From assembly GCA_965649765.1 (NCBI GenBank), contig OZ287757.1, forward strand, positions 33,852,001 through 33,916,000: DNA of 64,000 bases. Reading direction: 5' to 3'. Position 1 is the first letter of the stretch. The number at the start of each line of letters is the position of its first letter. Both the position numbers and the translations under genes were made by a program. Shown here one piece after another: positions 1-13,135 of the stretch. This DNA comes from Bispira polyomma. Its lineage: Eukaryota. The notes under the pieces were generated by a model. That model did not search any database. It was not told the origin of the DNA and was given only the letters and a program-made list of their open reading frames with translations.

Positions 1-179
1 TGGAGGAAACACTGCATACAGTTGATCAAGATTCTGCACAGAAACCAGCGGCCCACAGTAAGGAACTACCACCTTTCCCACATAGGCATTGACAGGAGTC
101 GAACTCACGCCGTCTAGAGGTGAGAGACCAGTGATTGTAAAGCGCAATGCTTGCCAACCACTTGGCCACTGCGGCCCCC
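1..179 (-). mobile_element. SINE family 1, runs off the window edge
   Basis: High identity to 15764-15940. Confidence 0.88.
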
Positions 180-3100
180 AAGTGTACCCAGTTTACGTTA
201 TAGCATAATTAGATCACTCTGGTTATATATAAGAATTAAGGAATTTAAAGAACAGGACACAAGACCACATAATCCATATAAAATATAATTAAGGGTTTTT
301 CCTTTGCAGCCATTTCCGAAAAAAAAAATAATATACAAATTTGCAGTAACACAATGTTTTAATTTAGAGATTTCTCAAACTTAAATTGCTGTATAGTCCA
401 GTGTAGTGTCAGGAACAGCCTTTACAATTAATCTACACATATTTTCTAATTTCTAATTTTTTTGTCGTGTTGTGTAGTCGGCCGTCTATAAAGGCCTTTA
501 AACCAGAACCTCTAATCTTCAATTAAACTTTTATTATACAAATATTCTCTTTTATGATCTCAGTTTCATACTCTTAAATTTCTATTCATAGATACATTTT
601 TATATACAAAAAAACTCTATTATGATGAAGATTCTATTATCAAAAATATATTGTTAGTCTCCAATGGAGTTTGGATAATAGAGGTTATATCGTTATTATA
701 TGACATAGTAGACTAGGCATAAAGTAGCACTGATCATCATGAACAAAATCACATAAAAACTTAGTTCAGTAAAACCTGCGCAAAAACAGTAGATTTTAGT
801 TTTACCCTAAATAAACATACCAGCATTTTAAAATTGTGTTGTATTTTTTCATTTTTAATGCACTTTTTATTGATGCTAGGCATCTTCTAAAGCGCAACAA
901 CAGAATTAGTTAACCAAGGCAGCAGTCCAAAAAACGTAGCCAAGGTTGTAAGGTAGGATGTAGGGGTGTAAGTGAGTTAGGTCATACGAGATAGGTTTTA
1001 GTTTTGATAAGACAAGATGCAGGAGTTTCATCCCAAAATTTCTCAATGTTGACTTTTCTGAAGTTACATTATTTGATTAGATAAGGTCTTTGTTATCGTG
1101 ACAGAGGTTTAGGCAAAGTAAGATGGGCAAAAGTGACAAGATAATCTTAAATCAGTGTAAAAACTTAAATAAACGTGGCAATAAGTTTCTACGGGAAAAA
1201 CTTTAAAAAAAAAACTTTATTACCATCAAAATGATTGTCAAAAATAATTGTTTTTTATCTTTGCCCAACCCGGATCATTATTTGATAAAAGAAATATATG
1301 ATATCTTGTACAAATTCCTGTGGTCAAATAACCAGACAGAATCAATCGGAAAATATTATCGCTCGACCACCTATCCAGGGGATTGAAGATGGTACATATA
1401 GAATATTTAATGACATCTCTGAAATGTACTTGGATTAGGTTATTAGGAGAAGACAAGGCACCTTGGGTATGTATAAAATTTATGATGTATGTCAAATATT
1501 AAATGTGATGTCGTGCTATATGAAATTTGTAATACATATCTGATGTCATATATATTGTGGATGAAATGATACGTATTGCAAAAATTTAAATTAAAAAAAA
1601 AAAGATGGTCTGAGACCCCGTCGGTGACCTAGACAGCATGTTGTATCATATTGGACATTCACTCATGGCTTCACTCATCTCCCCCCCGCGCCCCACACCC
1701 TAAACCTCAGCTGATCTTTAAATATATGCCCCTTTTCACATGTTAGCTGAAAATCAAACATAGCCTCTCATAGCCTGAGTAAATAACATAATATTTACTT
1801 CTATTATATTTATTATTAAAGTATAACTCAAACAATATACGGACATTTTTTTAAAGAATTTTTTTAAAAGCTCTTTTTCAACTCACCTCAGAACATGAGT
1901 ATCTTCATTCTATCCATTTGGAGAAATAAATTTAAAAAAAATACAATTCACATTTTTTTAGCCGATATTACATCCAAATTAACAAACATTAGAGTAAGGA
2001 ACCTAAAAGTTGCCAAAGTATCTGAAATTCACCAACCCTAAAATTTAGGCCAAATCTATAAAAACTTACGAGAAATAACTGAAATTTAGGTAACTAAGCA
2101 AAAATAGTCACAAAAATTTCAGTTTTAGCAAATATTACCCACAATTCCACCCAAAACCCAAGATTTTCTTGGTGGCGAATTTCAGATACAATGGCAAACT
2201 TTTTAGATTCGTTATCCTAACACCCTGCTGTCCATAATATTTCTATAATTCACCATAATTCACTGGAATACCATCCAAATTAACCCAAAAAAGAACAACC
2301 GAGAAGATGATCTTTCGTGCGTGTGTGTGTTACCATCTTGTATGTTTTTGTAATAAGAGATCAATTAATAACTTCATTTTTTAGCTCCAGTGTATTTTTC
2401 TGCCTGAGGCACCAGTTTGATCATCATTCATACAGAGATACATATACTTGTGTAATACTAAATCTCTCTTAGAAAAAAACTACCATGTATCAATAAAAAC
2501 ACAAACCGGCATAATAAACCATAGTTAAAGAAACTTATTTTCACACATCTATATTTACACCACAATAACCTAAAAGTTTATTTGTACTGACACATTTTTC
2601 CATGATTTTGTACTTCATAACAAGTCAAATTGCATAATTCAACATGCATTTTTATACTAGTAATTTAATATAAATTATGTAACATATATGAAGATTTAAC
2701 TATTTTGACTGGTGTGCTCTCAGATCACACAGTACAATTTATCCATGCTAACCTTTTCAGAGAGATGTGTAATATGTAGATATGCGTACAGAGTGAGTTA
2801 CGGAAGGCTTCTTTAGTTAGGCTGTGTATCTACACCCCGATATCTTATTAGCCTTGCTGAAGGCTCAAATTTGACAGAAAACTACACTTATTTTATAAAG
2901 TAAATAAAAGTGAAGAGTACAGTAAATCAAAAATATATATTTACTTCTATTACCGTATATTTATTATTAAATTATAACTCAAACAATATACAGACATTTA
3001 TTTGAAGAATTTTATTGTAACAGAAAATATTACCCACATTTCTACCAAAAAACATTTTTCTAGGTGGCAAATTTTATTCAGACTCTATTAAGGGAAGTAG

Positions 3101-3250
3101 AGCCTCAAGTCAGACTACACCAATATGTCCAATCAATCAATCAATATACTCCACAGAGACACTGGTAGATTTCCTCTCCCCTCTGTATACTCTCTAACCC
3201 TCTGTGCCAGGATCTAATCAAATCCCCCTTTTACCATGTATTGCTAAACT

Positions 3251-3616
3251 CACACACTGAACAATAGCAGCCAAATTTGTACTTGTGTTATAAAAGGTCT
3301 GAGGTTTAAGGTGGCATTAAATTGAGACAGCAGGGTCAATTAAAGTATCACAGACTGAACAATAGCCAAATTTGTATTATAAAGGTCTTTGAGGTTAAGG
3401 TGGCCTCAAATTGAGACAACAGGGTTAAGTAAACTATCACAAAACGAACAATAGTCAAATTTGTATTAGGAAAGGTCTGAGGTTAAGGTGGCCTTAAATT
3501 AAAACAGCAGGGTTAAGTAAAGTATCACATACTGAACAATAGCCAAATTTATATTCATGAAAGGTCTGAGGTTAAGGGTGGCCTTAAATTGAGACAACAG
3601 GGTAAAGTTAAGTATC
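3251..3616. repeat. Tandem repeat, about 88-bp unit x4
   Basis: CTGAACAATAGCCAAATTTGTA...AAAGGTCTGAGGTTAAGGTGGCCTTAAATTGAGACAGCAGGG...AAGTAT repeated. Confidence 0.9.
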
Positions 3617-4739
3617 AAAGAAGTTGTGAACTAGAGTTCGGTTGGAACATACACTTGAACCCCATTAAGTACAACCCCAAAGTTTCCAGGAAAAATAGCT
3701 CTTCATAAGCAGGATTTGCACTTAATAGGGTCAATTTTAAAAGAAAATGCTTCTGTGGAACTACCCATTTTTCTCCACATAAGAGGAAATTCTAATTAAC
3801 AGAGTACTACTGAATTTGACTGTATTTTACTTACAGGCAACAATTGTACAACAATAATATTAAGCTCTTAATTATATATTAATATATTATTATTAGGATT
3901 CAAACAATTTTGAAAACGTCCTGAATTGGTAAATGGAAGTTTGAACTGCATTAAAAAAGATTTTCAATGTAACTTAAGCTAGTATTACCAGAAGCCAGTG
4001 TAAATAGAATTTCTCTATGGCGAGCATACATTTATTTCTAGGTTCAAATAGTCTTAAAAACTAGTTACAAATTATAATTGGGTATTAGTAAAAGTTGAGG
4101 TCATAACTTGAACAAAACCTGTCATTTTTTGATTTTCCCAATCTAATATTTTCTTGGTGTTTTATATAGAAATGCTTCTTCTATTTTAAGAATATTTTAG
4201 AATCTGAACAACACCTGGCTCATCATAAAAAACTAAATAATTTAAATTTCCACATGCTACAATTTTTACAACCATTGGACACAACTGATTAAAATTGAGA
4301 AACTAGACTGCAAACTTTACACATTTTTCGCATTTCTGAAGACAAGAAAGAGTCACATTAACACATACACATTGTGTTTTTTGGATACTGTATTTAAAGT
4401 ACAGAAAAAAAGAGGGGAAAAGGTTATGAGAAAAACAGTATTTCTGTTTTTCTTGTACCATCAGCCTTAAGTTATTACAAAAATTTAATAAACACGTGTC
4501 ATACCTTATACGTAATCAAATCACAATCCATCACTCCTCAAATGGTGTTTTAAACACATCGTTTGTATTTACATCATCTTCATGTTGGCCACATTTTGCA
4601 GCCCAAGAAAATTGGTTGAATATGTTAGAAAAGTGAAATAAAAATGATTTATTACTTAAAAGAAATAATTTAATAATGTGGCCCCCTTCTATTATTTCAA
4701 AGTGTAGGGATGTGTAGATTGGCACATACATTTTGGGGA

Positions 4740-4975
4740 GATTTGTGTTTAATGTAGCTTACAATACATTAATTGTATATTGGTCATATCACAACGGGCA
4801 GTTTTAGTGCTGGAAGAGAAACCAGTGTATACTAGTTGGTCAAGAATCTACACTGTAAACTGGTAACCATCGGCAAGTAACTGCCAACTTTCCAACTTAA
4901 AGCCCTGTCTGAGATTCGAACATAGACCTTAGAGGTGGGAGGCGAGTGTATTAGCACTGAGCCACCGAGACCTCC
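4740..4975 (-). mobile_element. Older tRNA-headed SINE (family 2); related copies at about 7530-7725(+), 36580-36825(-), 61250-61440(-)
   Basis: B-box GATTCGAA, CACTGAGCCACC head and central ACTAGTTGGTCAAG...GGCAAGTAACTGCCAACTTTCC segment shared among copies. Confidence 0.7.
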
Positions 4976-5026
4976 CATTGGGACATAGACACCAGGGATT
5001 CTATGAGATAGTTTGAATTACTCTTA

Positions 5027-5365
5027 GCCTAGGCTTCCTTTCAGCAAATTTTTATCGGCTGTTGTCGGCCAAATTTATTGCTCACTATTTGATATTAGGA
5101 ACTGCTTCCTTTCAACATATTTTCCTCAGATCAAATGTTGGCAGATGTCTGTTCCACCATCAGATGTTATCGGTCAGGCAGCAAAAAACTCAAGTCGATC
5201 CAAATTTTGAACAAAAATTGAGAGAAAAAAAACGCAAAAATATTTCTCACACCATTTTATATAGTTCATATCAGATAATAGAAAGCGCTACATCGGCTGC
5301 CATCGGATCAGATCGGACACATTTAAGTCTGCTGACGTCGGTTTCTGCTGAAAGGAAGCTTAGGC
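5027..5365. mobile_element. PIF/Harbinger-like MITE
   Basis: TIR GCCTAGGCTTCCTTTCAGCA / TGCTGAAAGGAAGCTTAGGC; TSD TTA. Confidence 0.85.
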
Positions 5366-6117
5366 TTAGAGTATCTCTCCACAACAATGTATCTACATTT
5401 ACATTAGAGTATGCACTTGTAGAGTAAGGAATCTAATACTCCAGACACAAGAGTGTGTAGGATTTATACAGTAAAAAAAGGTAGAGTGAGGAATCGAAAA
5501 TTCGCCACTACATATAAAATTCGCAACCTAGTAAATCTTGTGTTTTGGTAGAATTGTGGGTAATATTTGCTGAAATAGAGATTTTAGTGACTATTTTGCC
5601 TCACTTACCTAAATTTATTTTTCACCCAGTTTTTATTGTTTTCGCTTAAATTTTAGGGGTAGCGAATTTTAGATACAGTGGCGGATTTTACATTTCTTAC
5701 TCTAACCAGGGAAGAAGGGCTGAATGTAAAGTCTGAAGCTGGTTTTTATTTCACAGATTATCATAGCCTTCTCTTAATTTCCCACTTTCCAAATATCCAA
5801 TAATCATGTAGCTTAACTTGCAAGGTTGACTTTTTCCAGATAAAACCGGAAACAACTGGATTAAACTGGAAAGGATTATATAAGGGTAACTGAATAGAAG
5901 CTGATTATTACATGACAAAGCAAACAATAAATACAACTGGAAAGGTATATTAGACTTATTAAATGGAAACCGAGTTATATTTAATAATGTATTAAGAACA
6001 AAAACTTAAAAGCTATATCCTTGTACATAATAAAAAACCACATACTTGGGAATGGAAAAGGACAGCTAGAGACTTAATGCATTATTAAGAGTACAAGGTA
6101 TTCTGGTATTATATGTA

Positions 6118-6293
6118 CAGTTGAACCCCTTTAAGTGGAACCTCAAGGGACTAGGAATAATACCTCTACTTAAGCAGGATTTCCACTTAACAGGGTAGGT
6201 TTTAATGGAAAAGTCCTTTGTGGGACTTCAAATGTATCTCCACATAATAGGGAAGAGTGACTTAACAGAGTTCTACTTGAAGGGGTTCGACTG
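6118..6293. mobile_element. Tc1/mariner-type MITE family B; also about 3652-3822, 51891-52226, 58350-58513
   Basis: TA|CAGTTGAACCCCTTTAAGT...ACTTGAAGGGGTTCGACTG|TA. Confidence 0.85.
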
Positions 6294-7734
6294 TATATTT
6301 GATTAGTTTGTTAGCTTGAGAAAAATGACAAATACAATACCCCTTTAAGTCCACAGTGAATTTTCAAGCCAGCAATTTTAATTATACAATTGCTCACCTA
6401 AATATCCTTTAAAGTGCTAATGTATAGCTTTGGTTGATTTTTTTGTTGCTCCATAGTGCCGACAGAAAATCTTTGGCGAAGTTCCAAAGAGTAATTTCTG
6501 TGACTTTTTGTGGTGCTCCGTAATGTAGTGAAAATCACTAGAAAAGTATTAATGTATAATTTGAGGCACTTTTTTCAACCTTCATAGTGCTGGCTTGAAA
6601 AATTCCGTGGAACAGGAAAATCACGCTTTGGCCCTTCGGCAACCACTTTTAGTCTGCACTACAGAGCAACCCTGAAACATGGTCCAAAACTACACCTCAG
6701 CATTTTAACAATGATTTTCAACTGACACTATAAAGGATATCATAATGTGCTATGTGCTCCAATACAAGCTGTATTCTTGCTCTGGTATTAGTAGCAGAGG
6801 TCTAATTCTGGCTAAGAATAATGCAGATACTTGTATATGGGTACAGCAAACCTCCAATAGTAAACACCTCTGAATAGTGAACAGCTTCATACAAATGAAC
6901 CCCTTGTGCTGGTTCAATACCAGTGACCAATATACAGTTCCTCCAGAAAACACCTTTATTTATGCTGAACACTTTGGTTGGCCCCATGTGCATTATATGG
7001 ATAGTTCTACTATATGTTATGCTAAATCAAATGTGTATATTTAAAATTCTCTCAAAACAAATTATAGGCTTTTCTAACAAACTTCAGCCTTATATGCAAG
7101 GCTAACATTGTTCCAATCAGTTGTGACAACTGAGAATGAATACACGAGATTGAGAAGGCATTTTGTAATAACAAAATGGAAGCCAGGGCCTTTGGTTTTG
7201 TATGACCTCACTGAATTGAAATGTGCTGAACAGTTTCATAAATCTCTTGGCTACTGAAAACCTGTGGCTAAGATTCAAGCTCCACTTTTATCAAATCTAA
7301 GGTCGCTCTATTTTTGACTAGTGGCCGGAGTTCAGAAACATCTGACTGCATATTTGAATTCAGTGATGAAAGCTCTTCTAATGGTTACAAGTATAGGTTA
7401 TTTCTGTACAGGTGCACTTACATGCAACCATCATTTGACACTTGTGCCAGAGTTTGAGCTTGAAATTCTATGTAGTATTCAAAACCTAACCCTGTATGCT
7501 TTATATTATCTACTCTCTCATACGTGAAGAGGGGCTGCGGTGGTCTAGTGGTTAGAAGCACCTGCTTCATAATCACTGATCTCTCACCAATGTGGGTTTG
7601 AATGTTGTTCATTCCTTCATGTGAGCAAGTTTGTCAGCAACTTGCTGTAGGTTGGTGGTTTACAGTGGCTTTAGCACTGGTTTCTTCCAGCATTGAATGT
7701 AGCCGTCGTGAAAGGACCTAATGTAATGTGATTG

Positions 7735-8040
7735 TAATGTAATTAGACTTTTATCACGTTTAATCTCCCCGTACCAAAGGGGACTCTAAGGCGCACCAGC
7801 ACAAAAGACAGTAATCTAATTTCCAAAAGCATGGGACAGAAAAAGGTCAGCACCACAGAGCGCAGCGGGGATGATTGAGACTAAGGTGAGTATGCTTTAG
7901 TGTACAAGTGTTTTTCTAAAACAGGCTAGTGAGGGGGAAGCACGAATCACATCAGGAAGAGCATTCCAAACAATAGGAGCATCAAATGCAAAGCTGTGAC
8001 CAAACTGTTTAACTGACTTTTGATGACTCTCCATAACCAT
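7735..8040 (-). mobile_element. L2-like LINE 3' end fragment, same family as the 21800-22070 end
   Basis: Reverse complement of the tail (TAATCTCCCC...ACTCTAAGGCGCA) and of the FDAPIVWNALPD coding segment. Confidence 0.8.
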
Positions 8041-8240
8041 GACGGGGTGCATTACTACAACCTTTTGATGTCAAAGTAATAGCACCAACTTTGAAGGTTA
8101 AAACTTAACGGGCATTGTGCATCCAGAATTTTGAGAATCACCGAATAAGAAAATATGAACTTACTTTGACAACTAGTTCTCAACAGTCTAAACATGGACC
8201 TCTATTTATGGTCAAGGGTTCACTGGGTGCATGCGATGCC

Positions 8241-9134
8241 TTAAAGGGTGGTTCCACTATCAGGATTTAGTCCCCGACCTTCCCGACTTTGTGATCGATA
8301 ACAGGAAAAGCAGCGAAACGTATACGTAGGGGGTCAAAAACGGGGTGGTCGGTAAGGTCGGGAGAAAAGTTAAGCATGCTTAACTTTTTTGAAAATGGTT
8401 CCGATTTGTGTCCCCGACCTCCAAAAACGTATAGGTCGGCTTCGGCGAATAAGTTTGATACTATTGGTGATACGTTCGGCGAATAAGTTTGATACTATTG
8501 GTGATACGTTCTGTCTGATAGGTCACTCCAGGCCTGTCCTAACACTGGCCCGTCAAAATGTATTGGTTGGGGGCGAAACGGGGTGGTCTGGAAGAATTTA
8601 AGTATGAAGACGCATATAATAAGCCCATTTTGTCAGTCTCGATAACGGAAATCAGTTTAAAAGTTGTTTACCTTTGCGACATCAAACCCACTTTCAGTGC
8701 AGTTCATGCACACGAACGATGACATTTTTTGGTGTTACTTGCAACAAACTTTCATCAAAAATGAGGTCTAAACAGGTATTATTTCTTTTATTTCAGTTAC
8801 AATAACCTCATTTTGTCATCTATATTTTACCATAAATGTCCCGACTGACTTTTTATATGTTCAATGCTTATGGTCAGGGATATGAATCGGTCAGATCCTA
8901 TTGGCCATACGTTCGATCCTAGGGCGATACGTTAGATCCTATCACCAGTAAGTTCGATACTATATAGGTTCACGTAAAATCGGGGTCAGCGTCTTGTTCA
9001 ATCAGGAAGGTCGCCCCACATTTTAATTTTAACGCCCAAAAATTGATTTTATTGATTTTTTCGCCCCGACCTTCCCGACTTTAAAATTGGGGCCCCTGTC
9101 CCGATCTAACTTTAGAGTGAAATCGCACTTTAGG
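8241..9134. mobile_element. Non-autonomous DNA transposon (Kolobok-like TTAA/AGG end) with CCCGAC subterminal repeats
   Basis: Left TTAA AGGGTGGTTCCACT versus right AGTGAAATCGCACTTTAGG (degenerate inverse); CCCCGACCTTCCCGACTTT at about 8272 and 9065; exact 34-bp direct repeat in 8441-8508. Confidence 0.6.
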
Positions 9135-10165
9135 AGCAAAGCGCGCCCCCTTATTTTGCATACAATGGTCAATTTATATTGCAATAAATCTAAATGTGTA
9201 TCTTTTCAACATACAGTCCTTAAATATTTGGTACTTAATTATTATAAAAACAGCGTACAGGCGTCTTCAAAATTTGACATCTGAATGGTCAGACATGCAT
9301 GCACACAAAAAATTTCCAGTCATTTTTTGTATTGACTGAAGTGACAAGTGGACCTTTCCCCAGAATTCAAAGCAGACATGAACAGTGCCGACATAAATTT
9401 GGAACTGTACAAATATTTATGGAAGGGATGTCTGCCTAACTAGCCAAGTATGTGACCCAATAGATGAGAATACATATTCATTAATACGAGGTAAACAAAT
9501 ACAGGATGAAGAGCAATTGTGCCTAAAGCAACATGTTGCAATAACCAACCTCTCAGAGATCTGCTGGATCACATGTTATTTGGGATGGTGTTGTTCGAGA
9601 ATACTGTAGTAGTAACTGCAATCAATTCAAAGCACTGTACAAGTTGGAAATTAATTCAAAGCACAGTACAAGTTGGAAATTTTAGCTAGAATAAAAACAT
9701 TTCACATCACTAATTTAGAATTTTCTAAAAAGTTCAGTCTTGGTCAATTTTTAGTTAATAACTAAATACAAATTTAAAGTTAGGGAATAAATATATATAA
9801 ATGTTCAGCTCACTCCCTAAAATTTCTTTTGACTTAAAAATTCCCCACTAATACAGTATTATGCATTATTTATAGGCTTGCTGGCAAGCCCTACTATTGT
9901 TAAAACACTGTATGACTGTATTTACACAGTTCCCATTCTGTGTTAAAGGTGTCAGCAATAGCTTTTTTGTTTTATTCCAAAACTAAAGGCAAACATTAAT
10001 TTCAGGGACAGATTCAGTCTAAAAACCATAAAAACCCTCATGGAAGGACCTTGCACAAGGTCTACCTCATTTACAGAGGTGATACAAATAAAACAACGGT
10101 GTGATTTGACAACTTTTATTTCATATCTTTCCCCTGATTTGTGTTCACAATATATACATACATAC

Positions 10166-10192
10166 CTTAAGCCTGACACCCCGGGTTTTGTA
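10166..10192 (-). other. Orphan 27-nt internal exon candidate
   Basis: TTTTTTATTCCGTTTTGTTGTCCTAG|TACAAAACCCGGGGTGTCAGGCTTAAG|GTATGT; YKTRGVRLK in phase 0 or TKPGVSGL in phase 2. Confidence 0.45.
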
Positions 10193-11204
10193 CTAGGACA
10201 ACAAAACGGAATAAAAAACATTTTTAACCAAAAGAAGAGACAATAGAGTTCTGGTTATATTATCATCATATTCAATGTAAATTACATTAGGTTAACCTTC
10301 CTATTATGAAAACAAGGGACACAAAGGTCACAGAACCTCTATTATCTGAACATGTTGGTAGAGCATGATTTTGTTCAGATAATAGAAGTTTTGACAATAG
10401 AAGGTCTATTGTACCTATTATCCAAACATTTGATTTGATTGACCCACTTTTACCCTGGAAAAGTAATATTGGCAATTGTTTTGATACTGAAACACTTTTT
10501 TTTTTTGGGGGGGGGGGGGGTGAATCTTCTATGATCCAACTATTTCCACTTCACACACTAAATGACCTACAGATAGATTGTTCCTAAAATGTGCGTTGAG
10601 CTTTTAAAATGTTGTTTATTCCTGACAATATTAACAGTCCTGCCCACATTTGTCACACATTCTGTGTTAAAACATTCCAAGGTAAAACCCTCACTGATGA
10701 GATAGTTTACTCAAGCGTCATTAACAAAACACTATGGAACCCTCTATATATCATCATCCACACGTCCATGACACATGAATATATTCTACTTTTTACATAA
10801 AAACACCCAAGGATTTATAACCCTTTCGACCCCAATGTTGTTGGCAAGCAGTCGAGACACCCCAGAAATACGAGTTTTACTTTTCCTTCAGTTCCTCGCA
10901 AATTCTTAGTTTTTTTTAAATTGAATTTGGATATTTAACGTCCATTCTAGTACCTGTTTAGGTTATATTGGGACGGGTAGTTGGAAATGGCAAATTTTTA
11001 GTACAGCAGACTTTTTGGGCTGAAAATAATTATACGCAAGGCCGTTATTTAATGCCTGAAGTCGTTTGTAGTGTGTGTTTTTAGTGATTGTGTAAAAATT
11101 GTGATTCAGTTCCAAGCAACAGTTTTCTCTTGGGGCCCAAAGGGTTAAAGGAGTCATTACAACACAATATTATACGATAATATCAAGCTGAAATTATAAG
11201 AATA

Positions 11205-11401
11205 CAGTAGAACCTCTATTATCCAAAACTTCCTAGTTTTTCTGAAATATTCAAAGTGATAAACAAATCCTTCACCTTCCCTAATTCCTATCTTTCTCTT
11301 GTTTTATACAAACTTGCCTCTTTTTCTATATTTTATTGACCTTCTATCATAATATATCTTTCTCTCTCCCAACACGTGTTCAGATAATAGAGGTTCTACT
11401 G
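11205..11401. mobile_element. Tc1/mariner(pogo)-type MITE family A, representative copy; many whole or partial copies across the window
   Basis: TIR CAGTAGAACCTCTATTATC...GATAATAGAGGTTCTACTG with TA flanks; other copies at about 13260-13465, 27200-27412, 28257-28435, 29610-29808, 37227-37400, 56211-56397, 56813-57033, 58864-59112, 60051-60243. Confidence 0.88.
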
Positions 11402-11559
11402 TAGTTGCATTTTTTGATGGTTTAGCAAAGGTGACAAGCATTTTCAAAGTACATTTTTGTGTCTATACAAGTTGATATATATAAGAATCAACACTGGGAA
11501 TGCAGGTTTAGCTACTCTTTAAGCAGCTTAAGCTGTGGATTGACTAAAACTAAAAACGC

Positions 11560-12404
11560 TCGACCACAGCTTTATTTTTGATGACAAATGACTTAAATAC
11601 AACTAAAACTTAACTCTACTAATGTACTTGGCCAATATAAAATAAGTTACCGTTAACTTGTGTTTTCAATTTCAGCATAGTATATATAGACCAGAATGCA
11701 ACTTTATATTTAAATTTAATAATTTTACCCACAAATTACCAAAAGCACTGTAATTAAGTTTAACTCCACCTGTATTATTTTCACTGCTGTGGTAAAAAAA
11801 TCTTTATCAACTCCAGCGTAATAAATTCCATAAATGCATTAATTACCAACCAGATTTAAAATTACAAAGAATTAAAACATTTTTTTACACCATAATTACT
11901 CTGCACACAATCTATACATATTTTAGCATTAAGAATTCTCACCAAAAAATATCACATCACATTCTCCTATTTTCAAGATATTCCATACAAAAGACACAAG
12001 CTTTCAACTGAAACATGTTTTACACAATATATATCAAATCATTTACACCACAAAATAAGCAACACATAAATTAGGTGACACATATTTCTAAACTATAAAA
12101 AAAAAGAAAAACAGTAATGATATTAGGAAAAATTTAAAATATAAATTGTAAAAAAAAACACCACATTTTTAAATTTTTTTAGTAGAATGCAATGAATGGA
12201 CACAACACAGAGACACAAATAAATGTATTTTGTTAAGGCCATTTTGTTACGTTGCCATAACAACACATATCCCAAACAATCTGCTCCCACTGACGTGTTG
12301 TGGTTTCCAGTCGCCACCGGTAGTAGGACTACGTTAGGTGGCAACCTTCATAGTCGTCATAGGAATAGATTTGTTGTCGTAGATGTTACCACGGAAACTG
12401 TAAC
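11560..12404 (-). other. SELENOT: SELENOT exon 6, non-coding 3' UTR exon carrying the SECIS; 3' end uncertain
   Basis: Acceptor TATTTTGTGCAG|GTTAC at 12404; SECIS follows within about 45 nt; AATAAA on the minus strand at 11576-11571 is a candidate poly(A) signal. Confidence 0.8.
12286..12362 (-). promoter_or_regulatory. SECIS element (type II) of SELENOT
   Basis: mRNA reads AUGAA-GGUUGCCACC-U-AA-C-GUAGU-CCU-ACUAC-C-GGUGGCGACU-GGAA: 5' AUGA / 3' GGAA non-Watson-Crick core, 10-bp helix II (12346-12337 with 12318-12309), unpaired AA, apical mini-stem, and lower helix UGACG/CGUCA. Confidence 0.92.
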
Positions 12405-12407
12405 CTG

Positions 12408-12778
12408 CACAAAATAGGTGAAAAATTTTTTTTTTTACTTTGATACAACAAGCTTCAGTCAGTGTCTACAGTGAGTGTTTACATGAACTTTAAAGATGAG
12501 TCACAGTTGAGCCACATGATGTAGAACTCATACCTGAATTTCCCTCTTAGCTGAAGAAAAAGAAGACAAACAACTCCATCCTGCCCCCCCCCACACAAAA
12601 TAGGTGAAAAATTTTTTTTTTTACTTTGATACAACAAGCTTCAGTCAGTGTCTACAGTGAGTGTTTACATGAACTTTAAAGATGACTCACAGTTGAGCCA
12701 CATGATGTAGAACTCATACCTGAATTTCCCTCTTAGCTGAAGAAAAAGAAGACAAACAACTCCATCCTCTCCCCCCCC
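12408..12778. repeat. Near-perfect tandem duplication, about 186 bp x2, in SELENOT intron 5
   Basis: CACAAAATAGGTGAAAAATTTT... starts at 12408 and 12594; only about 2-3 differences. Confidence 0.93.
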
Positions 12779-13135
12779 TCCCTCCTACTGTAAATATATT
12801 GGTCATTCTGTGGAACTTTTTTTTTCTGCTCTACCCAATTTAATTAATTTACAATGTGTATAGATTAGATATCGGTGCCCAAGACCCAAAACTATATAAG
12901 AAATATTGCGGATATCACTAAACAACTTACCCAACTAAGTCTACTCTTATCTAGTACTTTTTGGGCTGCTTAATCTTTACTCTAAGAGAAATCAAAGCGT
13001 CATAACATCCTAATCATAGCTTTCCCAGGCAATATTTGATTGTAAAAGAGACATAAACATGGTGATAATCGATCAATTAGCCACATACCTTAGGCCCACA
13101 CAGAACACATGGTAGAAGGACTTGGTCGTTTGGTA

